64,000 nt of DNA from Eledone cirrhosa. Taxonomy: Eukaryota. Positions 18,001 through 31,910 of this stretch are shown here, piece after piece. A program made the translations under genes and the position numbers. Under the pieces are notes generated by a model, which ran no database searches, was not told the origin of the DNA, and was given only the letters and a program-made list of their open reading frames with translations. Numbering within the stretch: position 1 is the first letter of the stretch; every line of letters begins with the position of its first letter. The stretch is taken from contig OZ024742.1 in assembly GCA_964016885.1 (NCBI GenBank), positions 371,070,001 through 371,134,000 on the forward strand, given 5' to 3'.

Positions 18001-21000
18001 GTTCATATACAACACACAAGCAGGTAATACATACATCTAGGACCACATACAACACACAATCAAGTAATACATACATCTAGTACTACATACAACACAAGCA
18101 GGTAATACACACATCTAGGACCACATACAACACACAATCAAGTAATACATACATCTAGGACTACATACAACACAAGCAGGTAATACACACACCTAGGACC
18201 ACATACAACACACAATCAAGTAATAAATACATCTAGGACTACATACAACACAAGCAGGTAATACATACATCTTGGACTACATACAACACACAATCAAGTA
18301 ATACATACATCTAGGACTACATACAACACAAGCAGGTAATACATACATCTAGGACCACATACAACACACAATCAAGTAATAAATACATCTAGGACTACAT
18401 ACAACACAAGCAGGTAATACATACATCTAGGACCACATACAACACACAATCAAGTAATAAATACATATAGGAATACATACAACACAAGCAGGTAATACAT
18501 ACATCTAGGACCACATACAACACACAATCAAGTAATAAATACATCTAGGACTACATACAACACAAGCAGGTAATACATACATCTAGGACCACATACAACG
18601 CACAATCAAGTAGTAAATACATCTAGGACTACATACAACACAAGCAGGTAATACATACATGTAGGACCACATACAACACACATTCAAGTAATCCATACAT
18701 CTAGGACTACATACAACACAAGCAGGTAAAACATACATCTGGGACCACATACAACACACAATCAAGTAATCCATACATCTAGGACTACATACAACACAAG
18801 CAGGTAATACATACATGTAGGACCACATACAACACACAATCAAGTAATAAATACATCTAGGACTACATACAACACAAGCAGGTAATACACACATCTAGGA
18901 CCACATACAACACACAATCAAGTAATACATACATCTAGGACTACATACAACACAGCAGGTAATACATACATCTAGGTTCATATACAACACACAATCAAGT
19001 AATACATACATCTAGGACTACATACAACACAAGCAGGTAATACATACATCTAGGTTCATATACAACACACAAGCAGGTAATACATACATCTAGGACCACA
19101 TACAACACACAATCAAGTAATAAATACATCTAGGACTACATACAACACACAATCAAGTAATACATACATCTAGGACTACATACAACACAAGAAGGTAATA
19201 CACACATCTAGTACTACATACAACACAAGCAGGTAATACATACATCTAGGACTACATACAACACAAGCAGGTAATACACACATCTAGGACCACATACAAC
19301 ACACAATCAAGTAATACTTACATCTAGGACTACATACAACACAAGCAGGTAATACACACATCTAGGACCACATACAACACACAATCAAGTAATCCATACA
19401 TCTAGGACTACATACAACACACAATCAAGTAATACATACATCTGGGACCACACACAACACAAGCAGGTAATACATACATCTAGGACTACATACAACACAC
19501 AATCAAGTAATACATACATCTAGGACTACATACAACACAAGCAGGTAATACATACATCTAGGACTACATACAACACACAATCAAGTAATAAATACATCTA
19601 GGACTACATACGACACAAGCAGGTAATACACACATCTAAGACCACATATAACACACAATCAAGTAATACATACATCTAGGACTACATACAACACAAGCAG
19701 GTAATACACACATCTAGGACCACATACAACACACAATCAAGTAATAAATACATCTAGGACTACATACAACACAAGCAGGTAATACATACATCTTGGACTA
19801 CATACAACACACAATCAAGTAATACATACATCTAGGACTACATACAACACGAGCAGGTAATACATACATCTAGGACCACATACAACACACAATCAAGTAA
19901 TAAATACATCTAGGACCACATACAACACACAATCAAGTAATAAATACATCTAGGACTACATACAACACACGATCAAGTAATACACACATCTAGGACTACA
20001 TACAACACACTATCAAGTAATACACACATCTAGGACTACATACAACACAATCAAGTAATAAATACATCTAGGACTACATTCAACACAAGCAGGTAATACA
20101 TACATCTAAGACTCCATAAAACACACGATCAAGTAATATATACATCTAGGACTACATACAACACAAGCAGGTAATACATACATCTAGGACCACATACAAC
20201 ACACAATCAAGTAATACATACATCTAGGACTACATACAACACAAGCAGGTAATACATACATCTAGGACTACAGACAACACACAATCAAGTAAAAAATACA
20301 TCTAGGACTACATACAACACAAGCAGGTAATACATACATCTAGGACTACATACAACACACAATCAAGTAATAAATACATCTAGGACTACATATAACACAA
20401 GCAGGTAATACATACATCTAGGACTAAATACAACACACAATCAAGTAATAAATACATCTAGGTCTACATACAACACAAGCAGGTAAAAAATACATCTAGG
20501 ACTACATACAACACACAATCAAGTAATAAATACATCTAGGACTACATACAACACAAGCAGGTAATAAATACATCTAGGACTACATACAACAGACAATCAA
20601 GTAATAAATACATCTAGGACTACATACAACACAAGCAGGTAATAAATACATCTAGGACTGCATACAACACACAATCAAGTAATAAATACATCTAGGACTA
20701 CATACAACACAAGCAGGTAATATATACATCTAGGACTACATACAACACAGGCAGGTAATACATACATCTAGGACCACATACAACACACAATCAAGTAATA
20801 CATACATCTAGGACCACATACAACACAAGCAGGTAATACACACATCTAGGACCACATACAACACACAATCAAGTAATAAAAACATCTAGGATCACATACA
20901 ACACAAGCAGGTAATACATACATCTAGGACCACATACAACACACAATCAAGTAATAAATACATCTAGGACCACACACAACACAGGCAGGTAATACATACA

Positions 21001-24000
21001 TGTAGGACCACATACAACACACAATCAAGTAATACATACATCTAGGACTACATACAACACAAGCAGGTAATACATACATCTAGGACTACATACAACAGAC
21101 AATCAAGTAATACATACATCTAGGACTACATACAACACAAGCAGGTAATACACACATCTAGGACTACATACAACACAAAATCAAGTAATCCATACATCTA
21201 GGACTACATACAACACAAGCAGGTAATACACACATCTAGGACCACATACAACACACAATCAAGTAATACATACATCTAGGACTACATACAACACAAGCAG
21301 GTAATACATACATCTAGGTTCATATACAACACACAATCAAGTAATACATACATCTAGGACTACATACAACACAAGCAGGTAATACATACATCTAGGACCA
21401 CATACAACACACAATCAAGTAATCCATACATCTAGGACTACATACAACACAAGCAGGTAATACATACATCTAGGACCACATACAACACACAATCAAGTAA
21501 TCCATACATCTAGGACTACACACAACACAAGCAGGTAATACATACATGTAGGACCACATACAACACACAATCAAGTAATAAATACATCTAGGACTACATA
21601 CAACACAAGCAGGTAATACACACATCTAGGACCACATACAACACACAATCAAGTAATACATACATCTAGGACTACATACAACACAAGCAGGTAATACATA
21701 CATCTAGGTTCATATACAACACACAATCAAGTAATACATACATCTAGGACTACATACAACACAAGCAGGTAATACATACATCTAGGTTCATATACAACAC
21801 ACAAGCAGGTAATACATACATCTAGGACCACATACAACACACAATCAAGTAATACATACATCTAGTACTACATACAACACAAGCAGGTAATACACACATC
21901 TAGGACCACATACAACACACAATCAAGTAATACATACATCTAGGACTACATACAACACAAGCAGGTAATACACACACCTAGGACCACATACAACACACAA
22001 TCAAGTAATAAATACATCTAGGACTACATACAACACAAGCAGGTAATACATACATCTTGGACTACATACAACACACAATCAAGTAATACATACATCTAGG
22101 ACTACATACAACACAAGCAGGTAATACATACATCTAGGACCACATACAACACACAATCAAGTAATAAATACATCTAGGACTACATACAACACAAGCAGGT
22201 AATACATACATCTAGGACCACATACAACACACAATCAAGTAATAAATACATATAGGAATACATACAACACAAGCAGGTAATACATACATCTAGGACCACA
22301 TACAACACACAATCAAGTAATAAATACATCTAGGACTACATACAACACAAGCAGGTAATACATATATCTAGGACCACATACAACGCACAATCAAGTAATA
22401 AATATATCTAGGACTACATACAACACACAATCAAGTAATAAATACATCTAGGACTACATACAACACAAGCAGGTAATACATACATCTAGGACCACATACA
22501 ACACACAATCAAGTAATAAATACATCTAGGACTACATACAACACAAGCAGGTAATACATACATCTAGGACTATATACAACACACAATCAAGTAATACATA
22601 CATATAGGACTACATACAACACAAGCAGGTAATACACACATCTAGGACTACATACAACACACAATCAAGTAATACATACATCTAGGACTACATACAACAC
22701 AAGCAGGTAATACATACATCTAGGACTACATACAACACACAATCAAGTAATAAATACATCTAGGACTACATACAACACAAGCAGGTAATATATACATCTA
22801 GGACTACATACAACACACAATCAAGTAATAAATACATCTAGGACCACACACAACACAGGCAGGTAATACATACATGTAGGACCACATACAACACACAATC
22901 AAGTAATACATACATCTAGGACTACATACAACCCAACCAGGTAATACATACATCTAGGACTACATACAACACACAATCAAGTAATACATACATCTAGGAC
23001 TACATATAACACAAGCAGGTAATACCAACATCTAGGACTACATACAACACACAATCAAGTAATCCATACATCTAGGACTACATAAAACACAAGCAGGTAA
23101 TACACACATCTAGGACCACATACAACACACAATCAAGTAATACATACATCTAGGACTACATACAACACAAGCAGGTAATACATACATCTAGGTTCATATA
23201 CAACACACAATCAAGTAATACATACATCTAGGACTACATACAACACAAGCAGGTAATACATACATCTAGGACCACATACAACACACAATCAAGTAATCCA
23301 TACATCTAGGACTACATACAACACAAGCAGGTAATACATACATCTAGGACCACATACAACACACAATCAAGTAATCCATACATCTAGGACTACATACAAC
23401 ACAAGCAGGTAATACATACATGTAGGACCACATACAACACACAATCAAGTAATAAATACATCTAAGACTACATACAACACAAGCAGGTAATACACACATC
23501 TAGGACCACATACAACACACAATCAAGTAATACATACATCTAGGACTACATACAACACAAGCAGGTAATACATACGTCTAGGTTCATATACAACACACAA
23601 TCAAGTAATACATACATCTAGGACTACATACAACACAAGCAAGTAATACATACATCTAGGTTCATATACAACACACAAGCAGGTAATACATACATCTAGG
23701 ACCACATACAACACACAATCAAGTAATACATACATCTAGTACTACATACAACACAAGCAGGTAATACACACATCTAGGACCACATACAACACATAATCAA
23801 GTAATACATACATCTAGGACTACATACAACACAAGCAGGTAATACACACATCTAGGACCACATACAACACACAATCAAGTAATAAATACATCTAGGACTA
23901 CATACAACACAAGCAGGTAATACATACATCTTGGACTACATACAACACACAATCAAGTAATACATACATCTAGGACTACATACAACACAAGCAGGTAATA

Positions 24001-25156
24001 CATACATCTAGGACCACATACAACACACAATCAAGTAATAAATACATCTAGGACTACATACAACACAAGCAGGTAATACATACATCTAGGACCACATACA
24101 ACACACAATCAAGTAATAAATACATCTAGGACTACATACAACACACAATCAAGTAATAAATACATCTAGGAATACATACAACACAAGCAGGTAATACATA
24201 CATCTAGGACCACATACAACACACAATCAAGTAATAAATACATCTAGGACTACATACAACACAAGCAGGTAATACATACATCTAGAACCACATACAACAC
24301 ACAATCAAGTAATAAATACATCTAGGACTACATACAACACACAATCAAGTAATAAATACATCTAGGACTACATACAACACAAGCAGGTAATACATACATC
24401 TAGGACCACATACAACACACAATCAAGTAATAAATACATCTAGGACTACATACAACACACAATCAAGTAATAAATACATTTAGGAATACATACAACACAA
24501 GCAGGTAATACATACATCTAGGACCACATACAACACACAATCAAGTAATAAATACATCTAGGACTACATACAACACAAGCAGGTAATACTTACATCTAGG
24601 ACCACATACAACACACAATCAAGTAATAAATACATCTCGGACTAGATACAACACAAGCAGGTAATACATACATCTAGGACTACATACAACACACAATCAA
24701 GTAATAAATACATCTAGGACTACATACAACACAAGCAGGTAATACATACATCTAGGACAACATACAACACACAATCAAGTAATAAATACATCTAGGACTA
24801 CATACAACACACAATCAAATAATAAATACATCTAGGACTACATACAACACACAATCAAGTAATAAATACATCTATGACCACATACAACACACAATCAAGT
24901 AATAAATACATCTAGGACTACATACAACACAAGCAGGTAATACATACATCTAGGACTATATACAACACAATCAAGTAATAAATACATCTAGGACTACATA
25001 CAACACACAATCAAGTAATAAATACATCTAGGACTACATACAACACAAGCAGGTAATACATACATCTAGGACTACATACAACACAAGCAGGTAATACATA
25101 CATCTAGGACTACATACAACACAAGCAGGTAATACATACATTTAGGACTACATACA
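1..25156. repeat. Satellite array of alternating 38-bp and 40-bp related monomers (78-bp dimer) with higher-order structure; continues beyond the left edge
   Basis: Monomer A ACATCTAGGACTACATACAACACAAGCAGGTAATACAT (38 bp) and monomer B ACATCTAGGACCACATACAACACACAATCAAGTAATACAT (40 bp) repeat head-to-tail, mostly alternating, with only point variants. Confidence 0.99.
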
Positions 25157-25159
25157 TTA

Positions 25160-25790
25160 ATTCTGGACAACCGAGATGGTTCCAAGTTGGTGGGGATGTT
25201 TGACCATGCCAAAGATCTCTTGATGAGGTGTAGCTCAGTGTCATGTGCAAAACGACCAGCATTCAGATGGCAAGATTTACTGTGAATGACTGTGGAGTCG
25301 AGGAGCCTACCACACCAACATTTCAAACCCATACAGACATTGCCTCCCACTCTGAGGGCATTGGAGACACAAAGCATGTCCAAATTGAGTTGGCCCCCGA
25401 TGTTAGCCATGGGTAGGGCATCAATCCAGTCACCTGAGTATTTGACGCTAGCAGATAGTAAGTGCCACCTTGAGAACTAGTCTGACTGGTCGATGAGAGA
25501 GTCAAAGGTGACCTTCGAATGAACATTGTCCCAAACTCTCTGTCTCTGTTTGTCCTCCACATTGTCAGAAACAGACAAACCCAGCTCTCTCCATTATAGA
25601 AGAGTTACATCCAATCCCCTAATGAAACTAGTCCATGTTGGGAAGGAGAGGATGTTGCCCATCAAGGTGGAGTAAGCATGGATGGAGGAAAGGAAGCATG
25701 GGAGAGAGAGACAAACATTTATGTAAACAAGGCTTCCAAATCACTTGGGCAACGTAGCCTGACCACAGTCTGACATTGACCAAGCACTCG
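25160..25790 (-). mobile_element. Degenerate CRE-clade (restriction-like endonuclease) non-LTR retrotransposon fragment abutting the satellite
   Basis: Minus-strand peptides QATLP...LPCFLSS and CWCGRLLDS..HSKSC...AGRF.H.....IKRSL...NIPTNLEPSRLSR match the post-RT/CCHC region of CRE elements. Stops and frameshifts are present. Confidence 0.75.
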
Positions 25791-26339
25791 AGCCTCTTAA
25801 ATATATATATAATTTGTATTGGTGCTCCAACACAGTGTTATACACATATATGTATGTGTTGTATATTGAATGATATACAGGATGTTTATAAAAAACTTTT
25901 GAGAGCCTTTTGCTATGAATTTTTAAGTTTGTAACCAATGTCACATACATAACCTCGGCTAAAGGGAAGTATATATATGTATATAATAAAATAAGATGCT
26001 GAGGTTAGATATATCGTTTAATCATAATTATTTTTACGGTTCTCCATGCAATCGAGATGTCCTTCATGCATTTGCTGTTGATTATGAGAACGGTTTCCTC
26101 AGATGAAGATCAATTTATTTGATATGCCGCTGGCAGGAAAACACATCCTAATGCCTGCGCCCAGCATACATGAGTTCCTTGAAAGGTTTGCCAGCCGTCA
26201 CGTTTGTTAGAAAAAGCTATCACCGAATAAAGACGAAAAGAACGAATATATATATATATATAGTGGCAGAACACTGGTGCGTTATGTCCACTGTGGTAGA
26301 GCACTCAGTCCATGGGACGAGTTTGGTAGAATTAGTTCC

Positions 26340-26457
26340 ACAACAGTTAGTACACCATTTCTAAGGACAACTTATTTCACCTTAATGGATCATCAGCTCG
26401 GTTTAAATCTCTTGAGGTGAAATAAATTTTCCTTGGAAACAGTGTACTAACTGTTGT
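26340..26457. repeat. Imperfect ~46-bp inverted repeat (MITE-like hairpin)
   Basis: ACAACAGTTAGTACAC...TTATTTCACCTTAA pairs with TTGAGGTGAAATAA...GTGTACTAACTGTTGT. Confidence 0.7.
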
Positions 26458-26464
26458 CAAACTA

Positions 26465-26466
<2 letters not shown>

Positions 26467-26538
<72 letters not shown>
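26467..26538. repeat. (TA)n microsatellite
   Basis: Direct inspection. Similar runs at ~59107-59149 and ~63314-63366. Confidence 0.95.
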
Positions 26539-26542
<4 letters not shown>

Positions 26543-26599
26543 TAGGAATTACTTCATATATATATATATATATATATGAAGTAATTCCGTCGGAAAGGT

Positions 26600-26880
26600 T
26601 CAGGAAAAAAGAGTGCTCAATTCATCAAAGATGCATGTATAGTACATAGAATAATGTACAAATGTCAGGAAAGTGAACAATGTATGAGTCATGATATACA
26701 CACAGATTCATGTGTGTGTGTGTATGGAGGGGGAATATCAGGTGTAGTGTTGGTGAATTTCAGGAGCATGGAGGTTTTAAAGGATGCAGTGTCCTGACAA
26801 CTAACAACTGATGCAGGGAGTTTGTTCTATGCTTCAGCAACTCTGAGCATGAAAAAATGTTTCCAAAAGTCACTAAGCCT
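26600..26880 (-). mobile_element. CR1-like LINE 3' end (ORF2 C-terminus plus 3' UTR)
   Basis: Minus strand reads KHFFMLRVAEA*NKLPASVVSCQDTASFK, the F..RV...WN.LP..VV......FK signature of CR1 ORF2 ends. Confidence 0.8.
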
Positions 26881-27489
26881 CACAACAACAATGACTAAAG
26901 ACCACAAGGGCTGGCATATACAGTGTTGAGGAAGACCTGACCTACAACATACAATGTGACCTGACCTATCCCCATGTCCCCCTCCACTAGCACTCCCCAA
27001 CATTACTACATCAACCCCACCGCGCCTGCTCTGCCTCCTCTTCTGTGAAGTGGCTGGTGATGAGTAGGGCATTCAGCCATGGCGGGCTAAACAAACAAAA
27101 GATTGAGAGGACCTATCAGCCATGTCAAAGACATGGCAGGCTCCCTAGTGTGTGTTGGCCTACATGATAAACACAACCAGTACATGCTGTAAAGTGGTTG
27201 GTGATAGGAAGGGCATCCAGCTATAGAAATCTGCTCAGGCAGAGAACCTCAATGCTCTTCTTGTTCTTCATTCACTATTCCTAGGAGGGTCATGGGGGAG
27301 GAGTCCTCAGACATGCCTTCCTGGTGGTACCTGAGATTACCTAAAGTCAGGACTTTACTTGTCATCTGGTTTAAAATCCTTACCTGGTTTCTAGGTACCT
27401 TTGCAAGAGTCCACTCTGTTGCAAGCACCCAGATCATGTTTCTGGTTTGAAGATACCTTCTTTCCCTTCCATATGTCAGAGGCCACTGA

Positions 27490-27640
27490 AAAGGGCTATC
27501 AGCAATGCCTTCTCTTCTCTGATGACTTAGTGATAAAAAAGGGTTATGAGCAATGTCTTCTCCTCTCTGATGACTTAGTGATAAAAAAAAAAGGTTGCGA
27601 GCAAGGCCTTGCTGTCTCTGATGACTTAGGATAAAAAAAA
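27490..27640. repeat. Three-copy ~50-bp degenerate tandem repeat
   Basis: GCAATG(C/T)CTT...CTCTGATGACTTAG(T)GATAAAAAA occurs three times. Confidence 0.8.
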
Positions 27641-28872
27641 ATTAAATATTTTGAAATTATGAGATCCATCTCATAAACATATCAAGTATATGTTATATGA
27701 AATTACTAGACCAATCATCATCATCATCATCACTGTTTAACGTCCATTTTCCCTGCTATGAAGGGTTGGATATATTGTCATAGACCAGTCTGTACTCAAG
27801 TGGATCCTCTGATCTCCACGTGAGCTGAGTGTATTTTATCATGACACTCACATTAGGAAAGTTATCATGTCTTTGACACAGCTAAAGAGTCTTCCTGGCC
27901 CTTTCTTTGGCAAAGTTTTCTGTAACTGGATGCCCTTCTTATCAGCAACCACTTCACAGAGTGTACTGGGTTGTCAGTTATAGTATTGATCACCAACACT
28001 ACTGAGGTTGTCACGACAATGACACAGCTAAAGAGGCTCTCTGACTCTTTGTTTGGCTTGGATGCCCTTCTTACCAGCAACCACTTTACAGAGTGTACTG
28101 AGTGCATTTATTGTGTAGATTCATCAACATCTAAGGGTTCTCTCAACCCTTTTGGCATGGTTTCTACAGTCTGGGGCTCTTTCTATCACCAAGCAACTTA
28201 CAGGGTGTATTGGGTGCATTTATCATGGCACCAGCGCCTGAGGGAGACATTAAATCAATTGAAGAGCTGTCCCCCACTTCTGTAGTAGCTATTCTCAGCA
28301 TCATTGTATACCCCCACCCCTACTTTATCCAGGGTCACTTCCACTCCTCCTAAATCCTAACACCCACACTGTACCCAAGGTCACCACCTACCCTCTACCC
28401 AGGGTCACCTCCCTTCCAATCTACTCTAAATACTGCTGCCCTAAACACACCAGCCTCGTAGTAGTTATCACCACAGTACCTCCCAGAGGTACTTTCCCTT
28501 CACACCCACAGCAACTTACCCAGTCAAATCCTGTCACACTTGGTAGCACCCCAACTCCCATCCATAAGGGAGAGAGGGTTCTTCAGTTAAGTCAATGATC
28601 ACAACCTCCATCTTATAAAAATATCAAATATGTGGTTTTGTCTAAATCTTTATACCTAAAAGCTCATATTTAAAAAAACAAAATAAAAACAATTACCCTC
28701 GGGTCTCGAATAACACCCCACCTATCCCGCTTATTAAATTTTGCTAATCTATCTCCAGTGAAATTTTATTTTCAGTGGTAGCATTCCTGTGACAGTTAAT
28801 TTTCTTTAGGCATTAAAAAAACACTATACATGACAAAAAAAATAAGGACATTACTAGAAATCCCATACGTTA

Positions 28873-29128
28873 TGTGGTTAGAAAAAGCTATCTCACTTAC
28901 CACTTTTCATAGGCGCCGCTAAATCCCAAGGCTGGTTTCTCCTCTTCCACATGCGTCCAACTCATTAACACCGGGAGCTGCCAAAACTCGCGTCCACACC
29001 GTTCCTGGTCACCACTAGAGAGAGGCCGATCTGCTGGCCCTTCCGGTCGAGCACCCTTCCGGCCAAGCACCCTTCCGGTCAAGCACTCTTCCGGTTGAGC
29101 ACTCCCCAGCTTCCGGCCACCGCACGCC
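28873..29128 (-). repeat. 3' LTR
   Basis: Near-identical to 32788-33031. Has four copies of a 16-bp CTTCCGGTCGAGCACC-like unit and lacks the terminal TGT on the PPT side. Confidence 0.93.
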
Positions 29129-29136
29129 CCCCCTGA
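29127..29136 (-). promoter_or_regulatory. Polypurine tract (plus-strand priming site)
   Basis: Minus strand TCAGGGGGGG lies immediately before the 3' LTR and just after the pol stop. Confidence 0.6.
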
Positions 29137-29138
29137 TC

Positions 29139-31910
29139 TCAAGGATCAATTTCCCCCTCGTCCTTCTGCATATGAAAGTCTGCTGTCCAGGTTGGTGGTT
29201 TGCAACTTCTTTGCGATCTCCGCAGTGTTGGGGCGGCACTTTGAGTTTCCTCTTCCTCGGAGTCCGTTGACACAGTGATTCTATGGACATCCAGGACATG
29301 ACGTGGTACTCCGTCCACGGACACATTGTTCTGGGAATTTACGGTCATCACCCATTGAGATGTGCAACGTGCATCTGGGGGCTTAACCCAGACTTCTTCG
29401 CCCACCTGCACGAATGCACTCTCTCTCCCCATTGGCCATTGTGGTGGCGTGCATGGGTGCCGCCACTCGTATCTGAATACTGCTCTGTGTGGCACTGATT
29501 CCTCGACCTGTTCCACCCGAGGGGACATGTTGTACCAGAACACTGCCTCCATTGGTGAGATATGGCCCCGCTCCGCCATTGCCTTGATCGTCCAGTGGTG
29601 TCACTCCACAATTCCATTCCCGCTCGGCCTGTGTGCTGCTCTGAAGAAACGGTTCACCTTCCATCCATCGAGCATCTCCCTCAGCGCCTCCGAGCGGAAC
29701 GCTGCGCTGTTGTCCATCAGCAGTTCGTCCACAGGGCCCCGCTCCAAGCAAAACTCTCTCAACGTCCACATGATTTCCTCGGCCGTTCCAGTCTTCATCT
29801 CCCTCCATATCGCCATCCGTCCTGGTCCACAGTCGACCATCGAGAGGTACGTTCCCCGTCGGTAACGCGTTACATCCACCGCCAATCGCTTCCAGTCACG
29901 ATCCACCGGGAGGCTTCCCGTTTCGTGCACACCCGGGGCGGGATCAATGGACTGACATCAGACGCAGCCTCTAACCACTCTTTGAACACTGTGTCTGTTA
30001 ACGCCCGAGTCGATTCTCCTGGCTAGGAACAGGCTCCTATCCACTCCCATGTGATGCATGTCATGCAACCCTTTCAGCCGACACACGGCAGCTATCTCAT
30101 CTTCTACCTCCTCCGGCGCTTCCATCCAGGCTTTCTTCACCCTGTTTAAGACGTCCGCCCTATTTTTCTCTGAGGGCACGAAAACTACGCTCAGCCTCAG
30201 GTCGAACTCGGTGGCCAGCTCTCCTAAAGTTCCTAGGCGGCACTTTATCAGCATCTCCGCCGCCCCTCTCTTCTCACTGGTGAGCACTGATCTCACCCAT
30301 CCGAGTACAGTAGCTGAGTCGGTGCATATCTTGATGGTGCGCAGTCCCCACTTCAGGGCGAGGTTCACCCCTCTCAACACTGCGTCCAGTTCGGCCACAT
30401 TGATGTGGTTGCAGTCGTCCTTCTTCCTAAGCCAGGCTGCATCCTCGACCTCAACACCTCCTATCTCCAACGTGACACCCAGCGGTATGCTGCTGGCATC
30501 GCACCATACGGTCCCACTCTGCGATTTGGGAACATACCAGCGTCCCCGCACTGGGTCGTCGGCCTTCACCCTCCCCACGATCTCCTGCATCATGGCCACC
30601 GTCCTCTCTCCCACTCTGTCACTCCAAGTCACTCCTCCCGCTCGTCTCTTGACATAGCTGCATGCCGTCCGGAGCCACCCAGCGATCGGGTAGTGACCCA
30701 CCAACTTTCCACACACCGAGAAAAGCTCCCGGCTACTCATACTTGGGCCCAGTTCTGGAACTTCATTTCCCCTCTGGAATACCAAGACGCCCGTCCTGTC
30801 TCGCCGTAGCCTAAGTCCCAGCGCGGCTCCTCCCTCCAACGCTTCTGATGGCTTCGCAGCCAGTCCATACCCCTGTAAATGGCTCGTAACCTCTGCTGCC
30901 GACACCACAGACTCGTCCACTAGGATGTCGTCAATGTAGGAGTTAGTGGCCCTCTTCATCTTGTCGGCCTTTCCCAGAATGGTCTTAAGGACCGCCGCCA
31001 TGATCTTCGGTGCGGAGCTCAGCCAGAAACCGAGCCTGGTCAGGCAATATGTCCGGCCCTTATACCTGACCAGCTGATACTGCCAGAGCTTCTCATCTAT
31101 ATGCAATTGCAAGTATGCCGACTTTATATCTACGATTGCTGAACCCCCAGTCATGCGTCTCCACTCACGCAGGGTTTCCCCACAGACATCCGTGACCTCG
31201 CCACCCGTGTGGCATGACACGTGCTCGTTCAGCTCCCGAAAGTCCAGCACCGGCCTCACCTTGTTCTTCGTGGGTTGCGCCACCGCCATTAACAGCAATA
31301 CTTCGCACTTCACCTCCTCTTTCCAGTGAAGCAGTATGCCCTCCTCAATCCATCTCTCTACCTCTTGCTTGAACTCGCTCCTAATGTTTCCCTTCAATGT
31401 GTGTTGATAGCAGCCCACTTTGGTCTTCAGTGTTGGTGGTTCTCCCTTCCAGTACCACTCAACAACCCATCGCTGCCATTCGAACACGGCCTTGAAGTCT
31501 TTGTCCTGCACAGTGTAAGCGGGGTATTTCTCCTCGTGGGCCTTCTGGCTCTCCTGTCGCGTACTCACAGCGCATACCGATGCAGCGCCGCCAAACGACA
31601 CACCGACATTGTTCACTGTGACGCCTCCTAGACGGCCAATTGTGTCCATGCCCATAACCACGCCAATCCCATCCACCATGTTGTCAACTACGATGGCAGA
31701 AAGCCTTATTTTCCTTCCCCGTACCGCCATCTCCACCTCGCTGCGACCTCGGCATTCAATTTTCCTGCTGTCGACTGCCCTTACACTGCTCTTCCCTCTC
31801 CACCGCTGCGCCACCCCTGCGGTCACCAGTGTCGTCGTACAGCCCGTGTCCACGAGGGCTCGCTGTGGCTTTCCCCTCACGAAGACTTCCAACACGGGCA
31901 GCGCCTCTAC
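29139..31910 (-). pseudogene. pol: pol polyprotein (protease, RT, RNase H, integrase) with two internal in-frame TGA stops
   Basis: ALVDTGC (protease), LDFRELN and YIDD (RT), WCDAS/HINVAELDAV/TDS (RNase H), H-x3-H...C-x2-C, then AVDVT/LMDN/GNGIVE (integrase). ORFs 29958-31895, 29601-29930 and 29139-29579 share one frame, separated only by TGA at 29958-29960 and 29601-29603. Confidence 0.92.

Noticed and set aside
1-25156. CRISPR array, or Cys-rich protein ORFs (MYVLPACVVCSPRC...)
   Set aside because: There are no unique spacers and no cas genes, and the context is eukaryotic. The ORFs arise because the 78-bp dimer is a multiple of 3 and occasional variants remove the TAG.
27490-27640. CTGATGA repeats as hammerheads or C/D-box snoRNAs
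   Set aside because: There is no GAAA core or stem II, and no terminal stem with a properly placed D box.
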